DNA from: a virus
Lineage: Duplodnaviria; Caudoviricetes
Length of the DNA stretch: 64,000 nucleotides
Strand: one strand, 5' to 3'
Virus record (IMG/VR): IMGVR_UViG_2740892201_000001
Coordinates: 1-64,000 of that record
In this document: positions 1 to 9,150 of the stretch, piece by piece
How positions within the stretch are numbered: the first letter of the stretch is position 1
Layout of the letters: each line of letters starts with the position of its first letter
Notes under the pieces: model-generated
What the model saw: only the letters and a program-made list of their open reading frames with translations
What the model was told of the DNA's origin: nothing
The model's database searches: none
Made by a program: the position numbers and the translations under genes

Positions 1-201
1 TCACGCGGCGGACTTCATCGACTGACCGCAGGACTGTTTCCAGCATTTGTAATCTTTGTATTCCCAGCGAGATGACCGGCCGTATTTTTTCGGCGGTGGC
101 AGATTGCCTTTCTGGATTTGCTTGTAGAAGTACCGATCGGTGAATCCAGAATCGCTTACCATGAACTTCATGTCAACAAGGGAATCGTCGCGTAATTCCA
201 T
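1..201 (-). CDS. Excisionase / recombination directionality factor, TorI/AlpA family
   Basis: 66 aa, DSLVDMKFM..SGF...Y..I..G.LP...RW pattern resembles KplE1 TorI; located at prophage end. Confidence 0.8.
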   Translation of the reverse strand: MELRDDSLVDMKFMVSDSGFTDRYFYKQIQKGNLPPPKKYGRSSRWEYKDYKCWKQSCGQSMKSAA

Positions 202-203
202 AT

Positions 204-302
204 CTACTCCTTATACGGCCAGCGCAGAGCCAGCACGATGCAAATTAAAAAGGCGAGCCATATGAGGAACTCGCCGGGGGAGATGTCGTGGATGGTGTTC
301 AT
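204..302 (-). CDS. Small membrane protein (32 aa)
   Basis: Manual translation MNTIHDISPGEFLIWLAFLICIVLALRWPYKE; start overlaps upstream stop. Confidence 0.5.
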   Translation of the reverse strand: MNTIHDISPGEFLIWLAFLICIVLALRWPYKE

Positions 303-607
303 GATGGCGGCATAATGGAGTTCATGCTTGCAGCCAGATCTGATCGGTACTTTGATAGGTCTCTATCGAATTCTTTAAAGGGAAGGCTTTTCCTGCACCT
401 CTGCAACGTGTACCCACAACGGGCCATGTACCAGAGAAAGGTATCGACGACGTAGATATGACCGTCACGTGCATTACCATTCTCGTTCGCATTCTGGATT
501 GTGTTGTGCATGGCCTTGAACAGGTCTTTCTGGTTATGGAAGTCGCGGAACTCAGGCGGCATGTAATCACCGCTTTTTAGCCAGGCATAAAGTGGATCAT
601 CAGACAT
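299..607 (-). CDS. Hypothetical phage protein
   Basis: 102 aa ORF with GAGGAG SD in leftward operon. Confidence 0.75.
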   Translation of the reverse strand: MSDDPLYAWLKSGDYMPPEFRDFHNQKDLFKAMHNTIQNANENGNARDGHIYVVDTFLWYMARCGYTLQRCRKSLPFKEFDRDLSKYRSDLAASMNSIMPPS

Positions 608-649
608 AACAACTCCTCACGCAGAGCGCGATAGTGAATAGGGTGGGAG

Positions 650-973
650 TTACTTGAGGGTGATGTGGGGGACTTTGCCAGTAGAGATCGCTTCATAGAG
701 CCAGCGGGCCATTGCTTTGTGATTGCACCCGCTACGATATTCCACCACCTGAGATAGCGCTTCGATTGCGCTTTCATATCTGAGCTCAACTTCGTTCCGA
801 ATGGGGCGGAATTGACACGAATGCGTTTGCCAGCAGATTTCTTCTTTTGCTTGGAGAATCACATGAAAATCGGATATGAAAACAATTTTGCATGGCATCC
901 AATCCAGCGCGCGCTTAACTTCACACTCGCACCCCACAGGCGGCAGGCCTTCTCCATTCCATTCAATGCTCAT
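650..973 (-). CDS. Hypothetical phage protein (WNGEGLPPVG motif)
   Basis: 107 aa; motif common in lambdoid early genes; coupled overlap. Confidence 0.75.
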   Translation of the reverse strand: MSIEWNGEGLPPVGCECEVKRALDWMPCKIVFISDFHVILQAKEEICWQTHSCQFRPIRNEVELRYESAIEALSQVVEYRSGCNHKAMARWLYEAISTGKVPHITLK

Positions 974-1182
974 GCAACCCTCCTTTGCTGCTTAGCGCGC
1001 TCAATGCGCTCGTAGTCGCTGCGGCAATCCTCATCGCAGAAACATCCCGCCGTCACTGCCTCTTCGCAGTAATAGCAGGCACCGGTAAACAACATTTCTG
1101 GATGCTTTCGGTTAGCCAAGGCAATCTCAATCCTCTGCTGCTCGCGTTGTGCGGCTTCATCTGCTGGGTCTGGAAAGTTCAT
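970..1182 (-). CDS. DksA/TraR-like C4 zinc protein
   Basis: D.AD.A N-terminus, CxxC...FCxxxC. Confidence 0.65.
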   Translation of the reverse strand: MNFPDPADEAAQREQQRIEIALANRKHPEMLFTGACYYCEEAVTAGCFCDEDCRSDYERIERAKQQRRVA

Positions 1183-1448
1183 GCTGCCACCTCCGTAAAT
1201 GCCTTCTCACACCAGATAGAGATGTAGGTAATCTGGTCCTGCATTTCCTGCAGGGTCTTCGCTTCGCCGGTGCGGATTTCGTGGTTAATCAGTGCACGGA
1301 TGAGGTGCTCTAATTTCGAGTAATAGCCGAGGCGCTGCTGCGTTTCCTGACCGGCAGTTTTGCCATGCTTAACGACGTTCTTCACGTAAAGGATGAAGTC
1401 GCTGGCACCACCTTCTATTGTGTATTTGTCACCGATTTCGATATGCAT
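1179..1448 (-). CDS. DUF5405-like phage protein
   Basis: 89 aa, IEIGDKY.I...LGYY.KL pattern. Confidence 0.6.
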   Translation of the reverse strand: MHIEIGDKYTIEGGASDFILYVKNVVKHGKTAGQETQQRLGYYSKLEHLIRALINHEIRTGEAKTLQEMQDQITYISIWCEKAFTEVAA

Positions 1449-1464
1449 TTTGGTTTCCTATAGG

Positions 1465-1492
1465 CAATAAAAAACCCCGCCGTGGCGAGGTT
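1465..1492 (-). terminator. Rho-independent terminator
   Basis: A-tract followed by ACCCCGCC-GT-GGCGAGGT stem on + strand. Confidence 0.75.
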
Positions 1493-1509
1493 CATTGATG
1501 GGTAAAATT

Positions 1510-1788
1510 TTATCTGTGCTGCTGTCGGTGCTCTTCTATGACCTGGCGAGCTACGGTGGGATTCTTCTCATGACGATTCACGTAATACTCAAATGGATCT
1601 GATATCCCCATCTGCGATACCCGTTTGTCATGCTCTTCGCGAAGCCGCTGCTCTATGTATGCCACGACATCAACCTTCCCTGACCTTGATAACTTAAGGG
1701 CTTCCGCCTTTACCTGCATGTAAAATGGAAGATTGTTGTTTAGGAAATCGGAAACATCGATAGCATAATAGTCTTTCATGGGCTTCAC
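1510..1788 (-). CDS. Hypothetical protein, AT-rich moron-like; start uncertain
   Basis: 92 aa ORF followed by terminator; lower GC than flanks. Confidence 0.55.
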   Translation of the reverse strand: MKPMKDYYAIDVSDFLNNNLPFYMQVKAEALKLSRSGKVDVVAYIEQRLREEHDKRVSQMGISDPFEYYVNRHEKNPTVARQVIEEHRQQHR

Positions 1789-1944
1789 CTGATCAGGTCC
1801 AGAGAATAATTAACCGCAATTTGGGCAACATTAGTTAATCATTCGACAACCATCATGACTACCTGGACTCCTCTCAAATTTGGTTTCGATACCGTAATAA
1901 TTGTCACCAACTATTCCTGCGAAATCCTTGATCAGCCTTGACGC

Positions 1945-2184
1945 TTAGCTCTCATTTTTCTGATAAATCGGGTCAGTGCCGCGCGGGAACTGCAGCGAAG
2001 CATTCCTATAATGCTGCAATCTCTCCCTGAAATACTCCCTCATCGCTTCAGGCTGCTGCATCTCCACCTCATGCGGGATAACAGGCATATTCATACGCTC
2101 CTTGTATGCGACTCCTGACGCGGCTAAATCCACGTTAATCCTGTCGCGCTCTTCTCTGCTGCGTGCTGCTAAGTTGTGTGACAT
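1945..2184 (-). CDS. holE: DNA polymerase III theta subunit homologue (HolE/Hot)
   Basis: NLA.....E.D..NVDLAASGVAYKER.NMPV...YFRERL signature. Confidence 0.9.
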   Translation of the reverse strand: MSHNLAARSREERDRINVDLAASGVAYKERMNMPVIPHEVEMQQPEAMREYFRERLQHYRNASLQFPRGTDPIYQKNES

Positions 2185-2214
2185 GGCGATGTCCTCCTGT
2201 GGGGAGTATATCGC

Positions 2215-2724
2215 TTATTCGTGCAGGGAGGGTGCTGCGGCTAGCAATGCCTGATATCTACGCTTCATCGCCACTTCTTTAAACCGCTCATCCAGCCAAA
2301 TCTCCTCCAGCATCTCTGTTGTCGGCTCAACCGGCACCAGCTTCCAGCCATCAGGCGCGAGCTCCGCCAGGTTGATAGCGGGCGCGGTGCGGGTGAATAG
2401 ATTGATAATCCGCCGGGGGTCTGCGTTAGGCGTTACCGGGTCGACAGTGAACAGATATCCGCAACCGTGATTCTTAACGTCCCGCAATTCCTGATCGTCT
2501 GTCCACGCCACGGGCGGCTGCTTCTGCAGCTCTGCCAGCTTCGCCTCAGCTGCTTCTGCGCGCTGTGACAGGTGTTGCCAGACTGCTCGGGCCACATTCA
2601 TATCCCACGACATGTAATCGTTTCCATCACCGTTCTTACAGCGGCGGCGGTCTATGGATTGCTCAAACCTTTCCGCCATAAATTCTTCGAACTCTTTCCG
2701 TCTGCTATCACTTAACTTTCCCAT
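2215..2724 (-). CDS. Ead/Ea22-like phage early protein
   Basis: RAEAAEAKLAEL..QPVAW and PDGWKLVPVEPT.EM motifs. Confidence 0.7.
   Translation of the reverse strand: MGKLSDSRRKEFEEFMAERFEQSIDRRRCKNGDGNDYMSWDMNVARAVWQHLSQRAEAAEAKLAELQKQPPVAWTDDQELRDVKNHGCGYLFTVDPVTPNADPRRIINLFTRTAPAINLAELAPDGWKLVPVEPTTEMLEEIWLDERFKEVAMKRRYQALLAAAPSLHE
2364..2546. repeat. ~180 bp segment shared with 49068-49249
   Basis: Near-identical DNA encoding PVAWTD.QELRDVKNHGCGYLFTVDPVT...RRIINLFTR in both prophages. Confidence 0.9.
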
Positions 2725-3002
2725 TATTCGATCACCTCATAGCCTGCTGCGCGGATGGCCTTAATATCGTCATTACGGATATTGCACATGCAGGTAATTT
2801 CATCGTGCGTGTAGCCGATTTGAATGATTGGCTCCAGCTTAACCGGCTGCGTGGTCAGGGCGGCCAGTGCAATCTTAATTAATGACAACTCCATCTCGGT
2901 GTCTTCATCAAAACCGAAAGGTATGTCATCGCGCGCCGCTTCAGCATCAGCTATCCATGATTTGGCGTGTTCAATCAGCGCCTGCTTCTCTTCGTTTGTC
3001 AT
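2724..3002 (-). CDS. Hypothetical phage protein (Eaa-like), start MTNEEKQ
   Basis: GGAG SD; IALAAL motif; ATGA overlap. Confidence 0.7.
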   Translation of the reverse strand: MTNEEKQALIEHAKSWIADAEAARDDIPFGFDEDTEMELSLIKIALAALTTQPVKLEPIIQIGYTHDEITCMCNIRNDDIKAIRAAGYEVIE

Positions 3003-3439
3003 GATGTCTCTCCTGCGCGGAGTTGGGCGGCGAAATCCTCGGCCCGGCATGCTGTAATGCGATGGCCGCGCTGAATTGTTGGGTCTGTTTCTGAGTCGGA
3101 AATTACGCGCTGATGATGCGCGAACGATGCGACAGCATCAGCCCGCACAGAGTTGAGGTAGGCGGCGGTGGCTGGGGTTGGTGGCATCCAGTCTATAGCA
3201 GGGACATAAACTGATTTTTCGGCAGCGCTATTCCAGTTACCTTCACCCTGAACTACAGAGCACTCTTTCAGGTATTCCTTCTGCGCCGCATTCTCAGCCG
3301 CCAGCGCGTCACGCTGTGCTTTGAGTTCGGCTATCTGCTTTCTTAGTCCATCGCCGCAGCTATGGGAGCCACTCTGTCCTCTTCTCCACGAAAATCCACA
3401 GTCGCAGTTAAAATTTTCACCAACTTCATTTACGTTCAT
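2999..3439 (-). CDS. Hypothetical phage protein (Ead-like) with Cys/His insert
   Basis: ALAAENA, TPAT.AYL.VRA and FAAQLR motifs; start at MNVNEVG after GGGG SD. Confidence 0.7.
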   Translation of the reverse strand: MNVNEVGENFNCDCGFSWRRGQSGSHSCGDGLRKQIAELKAQRDALAAENAAQKEYLKECSVVQGEGNWNSAAEKSVYVPAIDWMPPTPATAAYLNSVRADAVASFAHHQRVISDSETDPTIQRGHRITACRAEDFAAQLRAGETS

Positions 3440-3488
3440 TCTCTTACCCCTTATGCCGCTGTCAGGCTCAATGCCGCGGTGAAAATAG

Positions 3489-3884
3489 TTAGTCCAGGTA
3501 GCCCGGATTGAGCCCGAGCGCAATTACCCGCGCCCGGCGCTTAGCTGCGCTGATTGCCTGCTTCCTGCGTTCCGCATCGAATCCGCCTCCGCTGATGATG
3601 ATTGGCACCGAGTTAAGCGGCACCAGTCGCTTTGGTTTGCGTTCCAGCGTGTAGGTATGGTCAAACACTCTGCCAACCTTCACCGGGTCGGATGAGGTGA
3701 TAGAGATTGATTTGCATGGCTTAAGGCATTCGCGCATCTGGTGGTTAAACTCACCGAGCGTCATATGAAAAAGGGCGCATAATTCGCGCCCGGTCATTGG
3801 TCTTTTGGATAGCTGGAAGGTGACTTTCTCTTTGAATCCGCTGTTCGGGTGATTGTTGCGCCGGTACTGAGCGAGTTTTCGCAT
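3489..3884 (-). CDS. Putative HTH protein, paralogue of 49528-49932
   Basis: QLSK.P.TGREL and AAKRRAR.IA.GL shared with prophage 2 gene. Confidence 0.7.
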   Translation of the reverse strand: MRKLAQYRRNNHPNSGFKEKVTFQLSKRPMTGRELCALFHMTLGEFNHQMRECLKPCKSISITSSDPVKVGRVFDHTYTLERKPKRLVPLNSVPIIISGGGFDAERRKQAISAAKRRARVIALGLNPGYLD

Positions 3885-3886
3885 GG

Positions 3887-4702
3887 TTACTCTCCTCCGT
3901 CTCCTTCCAGAACGCTATATTCAGCGCTCAGGACAGATGCGTTATCCTGATCCACGTCGCTTTCGGCTTTCTCATCCAGCACCACGGCCTTCTGCATTTC
4001 GATGCTGACCGGAAGGTATTTGAACAGGCGGCGGATAACTGTCTTCTTCGCCATTTCTTCCCAGTGGGTAACCCACGGGCCATTGGATGACGCCTTGCTC
4101 TGCGCCTTGACCTTCTCGACCTGCTTAGCGGTCATGACTTCAAACTGCGTGCCGCCATCCTTGAGGCGTGCAACCGCGTAAACGTGGGTGATTGGTGCAT
4201 CCTCGTTATCGCCCGGGCGGTGAATCAGGTTTTCATCCAGGCCATACTCGAAGCTGAACTCATCATCGGCGCGCACCACACGGGCAGACAGGCTGACGAT
4301 TTGTCCTGAGCGTCGGGCAAGGTCAATCATGCCGCGGTAGCCGATAATTAGCTGGACGTTCGACTGGCCTGATTTAGAGCGGCCATTACCGAACGGCAGC
4401 AGGTAGGCATGACCCAATGCGCTACCGGGTTCAAGACCAAGCTGTGAGCACTGGACAACGGCACCAATAAAGCTGCTCTGGTCGCAAGTTGCCAGCGCCG
4501 GTGTCTTGCGAATCTCGGTGGTGACGATGCGAATCATTCGGTCGGCCGTCATGTGGCGGGGAAGCGCGGCTGCAAGCTGGCTCTTCATGGCTGGCTGGTT
4601 CATGAAGCCGACCAGTGTCTGCTCAGGCGTTTTGTTGGCAACCTGCTTGCTCTGCTGCGTCTTCTGCAGGTCAGCGCTGGCGATAGGTGGCTGGTTACTC
4701 AT
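3887..4702 (-). CDS. recT: Recombination protein RecT
   Basis: [61 protein letters not shown]. Confidence 0.97.
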   Translation of the reverse strand: MSNQPPIASADLQKTQQSKQVANKTPEQTLVGFMNQPAMKSQLAAALPRHMTADRMIRIVTTEIRKTPALATCDQSSFIGAVVQCSQLGLEPGSALGHAYLLPFGNGRSKSGQSNVQLIIGYRGMIDLARRSGQIVSLSARVVRADDEFSFEYGLDENLIHRPGDNEDAPITHVYAVARLKDGGTQFEVMTAKQVEKVKAQSKASSNGPWVTHWEEMAKKTVIRRLFKYLPVSIEMQKAVVLDEKAESDVDQDNASVLSAEYSVLEGDGGE

Positions 4703-5513
4703 TCCTTAACTCCTTCGCCCAATAGGGCAGTGATAGGGTTGCGATGCCCGGCCATTCATTCCGTGACAGGCATTCTGCGAAAGTGTGGATGTTTCGTTTG
4801 TACTCAGCACGACCGGCATCCTTTGCCTGCTGGTCCATGATGAACACCTGTACCGGATAGCGGCCACAGTCAATTGACGTGCTTACAGCAAGGAACGCGA
4901 ATGTAGGTGTTTCATCGAAGTGCGATTCATAGCCGTCCGAGTAGAAGGCGTCCTGAACGTGATAGCGGTATGAGTAAAAGTCTTTCTGGAACTTGATGAT
5001 GTCGGCCGTGCTTTTTACATCCACACACCAGTTAAAATCGGTGATAATTTTGTCCGGCCGGCAGCGGGATAAAACGCCGGTGTCGCGGTCATTCCAGTAA
5101 ATGCTCGCTTCTGCATTTCCCTGCGCCTCAAGCATCCACCGGGCAATCGGATGAGCCATGGCGCTGTCACGCATCAGCCTCAGCTTCCGATTGTCGTCGT
5201 GCGTGATAGGCGTAACTCCTTCAGCCTCGCACCGTTCCATGAACTCCTTTTCTTTCTCCTTGCCCGCAGTAGTCCGGCGGTTAACCTCCGGGCCTATCTC
5301 AAAGCGCTTGCTGAACTCGTCAGGCTCAAGCAGCAGGCAGTGCAGGGCAGTGCCTAAATCCAGCGCAGCCGTCTTTTCCTCATCAACCGGCGCATGCTTC
5401 CGCCACTGGTAGATGGCCGGGCTTATCGCAATATCATCCAGTTGCGATTTGCTGATGCCCGGGCCACCGTGATAGTCCTCGTTGCTGATGTCGTAGTAGA
5501 TGCCAGGCTGCAT
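4695..5513 (-). CDS. recE: Exonuclease VIII (RecE C-terminal PD-(D/E)XK domain only)
   Basis: [36 protein letters not shown]; adjacent to recT. Confidence 0.93.
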   Translation of the reverse strand: MQPGIYYDISNEDYHGGPGISKSQLDDIAISPAIYQWRKHAPVDEEKTAALDLGTALHCLLLEPDEFSKRFEIGPEVNRRTTAGKEKEKEFMERCEAEGVTPITHDDNRKLRLMRDSAMAHPIARWMLEAQGNAEASIYWNDRDTGVLSRCRPDKIITDFNWCVDVKSTADIIKFQKDFYSYRYHVQDAFYSDGYESHFDETPTFAFLAVSTSIDCGRYPVQVFIMDQQAKDAGRAEYKRNIHTFAECLSRNEWPGIATLSLPYWAKELRNE

Positions 5514-5824
5514 TACGCCGCCTCCTGATTTCCATGCTTGTTGCGGTAGATTTCGATCGCCACTTCCCGCCGCGCCGCAATGACCATTGCATCACGCAGA
5601 AGCGTCTCAGCGGCTTCGTGCATGTCATCGTCACTGTCGAACATCTCAATGGCGGGATGGTCATAATGACGTAGCAAGAAAGCGCACAGAGCAGGCATCA
5701 GCGGGTTCGTTTTGTGCTGGTTCATCCGCGCATCGACTTCAGCGGCGATAAGCTCCAGCTCGCTCTCTGGTAGGTTGTCAGCAATATCCTGCACTTCATT
5801 TCGGGCCGTTCTGTTCAGTCTCAT
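5513..5824 (-). CDS. Hypothetical protein (gam position), start MRLNRT
   Basis: ATGA overlap with upstream small ORF. Confidence 0.65.
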   Translation of the reverse strand: MRLNRTARNEVQDIADNLPESELELIAAEVDARMNQHKTNPLMPALCAFLLRHYDHPAIEMFDSDDDMHEAAETLLRDAMVIAARREVAIEIYRNKHGNQEAA

Positions 5825-5934
5825 TGCATCGCTCTCCGCAGTAACCGCATTGCCATCGCCCACTTGGCGCCATCACCAAACAGGTGAGCCTCTCTAGAAA
5901 GCTCCTGAGCCTTCGTGAAGTAACGTGATTTCAT
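5821..5934 (-). CDS. Kil-like small protein (37 aa)
   Basis: Manual translation [37 protein letters not shown]; directly follows cIII, as lambda kil does. Confidence 0.55.
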   Translation of the reverse strand: MKSRYFTKAQELSREAHLFGDGAKWAMAMRLLRRAMQ

Positions 5935-5936
5935 GA

Positions 5937-6074
5937 TTAAGGTCTCCCTGGCTGGTTTAGGGTGTCGATAAGGTTGCGCCAGCCAGTGCGGAGGCGGCGG
6001 GTAATGGTGTCGAGCAGTGATTCGTTTAACTGAGCAGCGCCCACGATGGCGCCGCCCGCGATGGCATAGTTCAT
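5937..6074 (-). CDS. cIII: CIII protease inhibitor
   Basis: MNYAIAG...ESLLDTITRRLRTGWRNLIDTLNQPG matches lambdoid CIII. Confidence 0.88.
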   Translation of the reverse strand: MNYAIAGGAIVGAAQLNESLLDTITRRLRTGWRNLIDTLNQPGRP

Positions 6075-6225
6075 CGTGGGTTCCTTGATTCGATAGGGTT
6101 GGTGTAAAAAGAAGGGGGCCATTGCGGCCCCATAAGGTGTGTTACGTTCTGGTTATCTATCCTGCTGAAATCTCAGCGTTGGTGCGTAGCACCTCAAAGC
6201 CGTCTAAGCAGGCGGCTTTACGGTG

Positions 6226-6423
6226 TCACTCAGTTGGATGATTAAGGTTGGAGAAGTGAGTCACCTCTGAAAACGCATAACGCTTTTTGAATTCGCCATT
6301 CGTATATATGTAGTAATCACCCTCATGCTCTCGCCAATGACCAAACTCATAATCCCCATCAACAAAGAGCAGGACTAGCCTGCAAGTAATTGGTTTCCTT
6401 TCACTGCACTTAATCCATTCCAT
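6226..6423 (-). CDS. DUF551 family protein
   Basis: MEWIKCSER.P ... VTH pattern. Confidence 0.7.
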   Translation of the reverse strand: MEWIKCSERKPITCRLVLLFVDGDYEFGHWREHEGDYYIYTNGEFKKRYAFSEVTHFSNLNHPTE

Positions 6424-6442
6424 CCTCTCTCTCCTGTAGTGG

Positions 6443-6604
6443 TTACTGGCTCTGATGGGAAATTCTGACCAGTTTTTCTATCAAGTCTTCCACGCTTAAT
6501 CCGCGGTCATCACAACTTTCGGCCAGGTATTCAATGCCACTATCTTCGATAAACTGCGCGAGTACTTCTGCCTCTTCTGGCTTAAGTGTTAAATCTTCAC
6601 TCAT
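6443..6604 (-). CDS. Small acidic hypothetical protein (53 aa)
   Basis: Manual translation MSEDLTLKPEEAEVL...; GGAGG SD. Confidence 0.55.
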   Translation of the reverse strand: MSEDLTLKPEEAEVLAQFIEDSGIEYLAESCDDRGLSVEDLIEKLVRISHQSQ

Positions 6605-6605
6605 C

Positions 6606-6686
6606 TCAACCTCCTGCTATAAACCCCAGCACCATCAGCACGCCAAACACAAACCAGCCAAATACATAATCTCTGTCGCTTAACAT
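6606..6686 (-). CDS. Small membrane peptide (26 aa)
   Basis: MLSDRDYVFGWFVFGVLMVLGFIAGG; GGAGG SD. Confidence 0.45.
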   Translation of the reverse strand: MLSDRDYVFGWFVFGVLMVLGFIAGG

Positions 6687-6725
6687 GGGGCCTCCAGATG
6701 TGAAAAAGGCCGCCTAAGCGACCTG

Positions 6726-6998
6726 TTATTTGCCCGTCAGGGCCTTGGCTACATCAAGTGCCGTCTCGCACCCAATTAACCCCTTAGTGAAGTTATCTGC
6801 CATCTCCTGATCAGCAGAATCGAAAAGCTTGTCGCGATCCTCTTCGCCGTCTTCACCCGAAAATACCGGCCCCAGAGAAACCTCAGCACCGTCAACGCGG
6901 ATAGCGATGCTTAGCTTCGGGTTATCATCATCGTCATACTCCTTGGTGATGAGAACCTGACGACCGTTTGCTTCAAATAGCTTTGCCCACTGCTCCAT
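6726..6998 (-). CDS. Hypothetical acidic protein
   Basis: GAGGTG SD; followed by terminator at ~6702-6725. Confidence 0.7.
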   Translation of the reverse strand: MEQWAKLFEANGRQVLITKEYDDDDNPKLSIAIRVDGAEVSLGPVFSGEDGEEDRDKLFDSADQEMADNFTKGLIGCETALDVAKALTGK

Positions 6999-7000
6999 GC

Positions 7001-7240
7001 TCACCTCGCTGTAACTGTTTCTGACTTGCGGTAACCCGCGTTGAATAATGCAATCTCAGGCAGACACACTGATGTGCTCTTATGCCTGTCACGCAGAGAA
7101 GGGGAGGAGCAGGCCTTCTCGACTCTCTGGTTGCAGCTGGATAAGGTGCTGACGATGCGGCGCTCGAAACGTGCCTGCTCGATAGACTGCGATGCTTTCT
7201 TGGCGTTATAAGCCGCCATGCGACGCTGATTTCTGTTCAT
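7001..7240 (-). CDS. N: N-type antitermination protein
   Basis: Arg-rich N-terminus NRNQRR; C-terminal VCLPEIALF.AGYRKS..VTAR; boxA/boxB present in both operons. Confidence 0.75.
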   Translation of the reverse strand: MNRNQRRMAAYNAKKASQSIEQARFERRIVSTLSSCNQRVEKACSSPSLRDRHKSTSVCLPEIALFNAGYRKSETVTAR

Positions 7241-7297
7241 GGGTATTCCTCGATGATTTCATTCATGCGCCCTGTTACAGACGCAGGGTGAAGCCAC

Positions 7298-7501
7298 TTA
7301 GTGTTTGAAATTGCCGCTGTAGTCAGGCATTGAGCGCATGCTTTTAATTTCAGAGTCCCACTGCTTTAAAAGGCTTAAACGCTGGCTCTGCAATTCCAGG
7401 CTATCCAAATAGCGGATGGCTGGATTTTCGAGTTGGTGATTAACCCGAGAGATTTGATTTTGAATGTTAATAACTTTCTGGCGTTGTTCTGCGTATGTCA
7501 T
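7298..7501 (-). CDS. Hypothetical protein, first ORF of PL operon
   Basis: 67 aa ORF with GAGGG SD. Confidence 0.55.
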   Translation of the reverse strand: MTYAEQRQKVINIQNQISRVNHQLENPAIRYLDSLELQSQRLSLLKQWDSEIKSMRSMPDYSGNFKH

Positions 7502-7783
7502 CCTGCCACCCTCACTCATTGGCGACTAAGTCGCCGGTATTACTGCTGAATTTTCTGACTTGGTGTAAACAAATCCGGTCTATTTGCACGGGGGCATACG
7601 AGAGAAGCACCTGCCTGTTTACTGCCTTCTCTGGTACATGCATTGTTCTGCATGCGGTTCGTGTTCCATTGCCAGCTCACCCGGCCTAACTCGCCCTCCA
7701 GGGCTACTATGTTGCTAAGTCAATTGCGGTCTAACTGCGTCAGTGCACAGTTCCGGCACTGCCTGTTCGGTTAAACGTTCGTT

Positions 7784-7818
7784 CCTGTGTATTCACAGGG
7801 TCATATTGTTAAAGAGCA
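7784..7818 (-). promoter_or_regulatory. nutL (boxA TGCTCTTTAACAA plus boxB hairpin CCTGTG-AATA-CACAGG)
   Basis: boxA consensus followed by short hairpin just downstream of PL. Confidence 0.8.
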
Positions 7819-7858
7819 TCACCGTCCTGGTGAGTAGTGCGTCCTGCTGATGGGATAG

Positions 7859-7894
7859 ATATTATGCGTGATGCGCATATGCGTCAAGCGCATA
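7859..7894 (-). promoter_or_regulatory. PL (TTGACG-17-TAATAT) with two TATGCG-N5-CGCATA operators
   Basis: Palindromes at 7863-7879 and 7878-7894; same motif recurs at OR. Confidence 0.8.
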
Positions 7895-7984
7895 ATTAAT
7901 CGTGTTTGTGTGTTTTTGGGATTGTTTTGCGTATGCGTATGAAACAGAAAGAGATTTATTTTTAGGCAGGATGTGCAGCAGGCA

Positions 7985-8008
7985 CAAAAAAGCCCGCACA
8001 TGGCGGGC
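7985..8008 (-). terminator. cI terminator
   Basis: A6-GCCCGC-N4-GCGGGC downstream of cI. Confidence 0.75.
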
Positions 8009-8027
8009 TAGATTGCGAAAGGGGAGG

Positions 8028-8717
8028 CTATCCGTGGCGTCGGTACTGTTGGGATTGGCTGAGCATTACCCGGCCAGCTACATGAAGCATATCCATTTCT
8101 TCTTCAGAAATGGTCCACTCACGATAGCGCGGGTTGTCAGATATGACGATTAGCTCGCTTTTGACTTTCTGCAGGCGCTTAACGAACATGTCGCCGTTGT
8201 AGTCAAAGACGTAGATGCCATCACCATCAAAGCTGCTTACGGCGACATCCACAAAAATCAGATCGCCTGGCTCTATAGTGCCTTCCATACTGTCACCGCG
8301 AACGTTGATGAGCTTCACAGATGACTCCGGCCGGTTACCGAATATGACCCTTGCTTGATCGGGAACATATTCAATAGACCTTATGACTTCAACGACATCC
8401 TTTGAGGGCGAACCATCTCCGGCGCTTGCTGAAACATCAAGAACATCAATCCTGTACACATCTTTTCTCCCCTTTTTTATAATGGAACCAATACTGTATG
8501 AATCTACAGTATCATTCGCCTCATTGGAAGAGAATAGCTCAGATACAGGAACTGCGAGAGCTTCCGCAATTTTATGTATAAGTGAATCACTGTAGCCCTG
8601 CATCCCACGCTCAAGGCGAGATAGGTTCCCCACGTCGCTATCCACGCGCAACGCGAGTTCATTCAGGGTCATCTTATTCGCTTTGCGAATCTGTCTAATT
8701 TTGTCGCCTATTTTCAT
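8028..8717 (-). CDS. cI: CI-like repressor (HTH plus S24 peptidase)
   Basis: N-terminal HTH, ASAG cleavage site, V.GDSM, FVKRL. Confidence 0.92.
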   Translation of the reverse strand: MKIGDKIRQIRKANKMTLNELALRVDSDVGNLSRLERGMQGYSDSLIHKIAEALAVPVSELFSSNEANDTVDSYSIGSIIKKGRKDVYRIDVLDVSASAGDGSPSKDVVEVIRSIEYVPDQARVIFGNRPESSVKLINVRGDSMEGTIEPGDLIFVDVAVSSFDGDGIYVFDYNGDMFVKRLQKVKSELIVISDNPRYREWTISEEEMDMLHVAGRVMLSQSQQYRRHG

Positions 8718-8737
8718 GGCGGATATTCAACCTTTTT

Positions 8738-8802
8738 TATGCGCGTCACGCAAAGCGCCTTGCGCATATTTTATAATTCGCATATTATGCGTATAGCGCA
8801 TT
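8738..8802 (+). promoter_or_regulatory. OR operators and PR (TTGCGC-17-TATTAT)
   Basis: Three TATGCG-N5-CGCATA-like sites (8738, 8752, 8786) between divergent cI and cro. Confidence 0.8.
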
Positions 8803-8815
8803 TAGGAGGTGCATT

Positions 8816-9043
8816 ATGCCAACACCATTAAGGAAAATGCGTGTAGAGAAAAAGCTGACAATTTCTGAGGTAGCCATCGCAACGCAACTTGACGTTGGAA
8901 ACCTCAGCCGAATCGAAAGGGGAATTCAGGTTCCATCTCTCGAAACGGCAGAGAAGTTGTCCCGGTTCTTCAAAGGGAAGATCACCGAAATGCAGATTCT
9001 CTACCCGCAGCGTTACATGAAGTCAGCCGATACCGCGGCTTAA
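8816..9043 (+). CDS. cro: Cro-like HTH repressor
   Basis: Recognition helix DVGNLSRIERG nearly identical to that of CI; divergent position. Confidence 0.88.
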   Translation: MPTPLRKMRVEKKLTISEVAIATQLDVGNLSRIERGIQVPSLETAEKLSRFFKGKITEMQILYPQRYMKSADTAA

Positions 9044-9050
9044 GCAATAC

Positions 9051-9090
9051 CGCTCTTTATAAATCTGACCTCCCTCGGAATACCAGGGAA
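9051..9090 (+). promoter_or_regulatory. nutR (boxA CGCTCTTTA plus boxB-like hairpin)
   Basis: Consensus boxA directly after cro. Confidence 0.8.
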
Positions 9091-9150
9091 CTTACGTAGT
9101 GACTTGCTCACCGCAATGTCACGCAAGTTATTCAACTAAAGGAATTTTAC

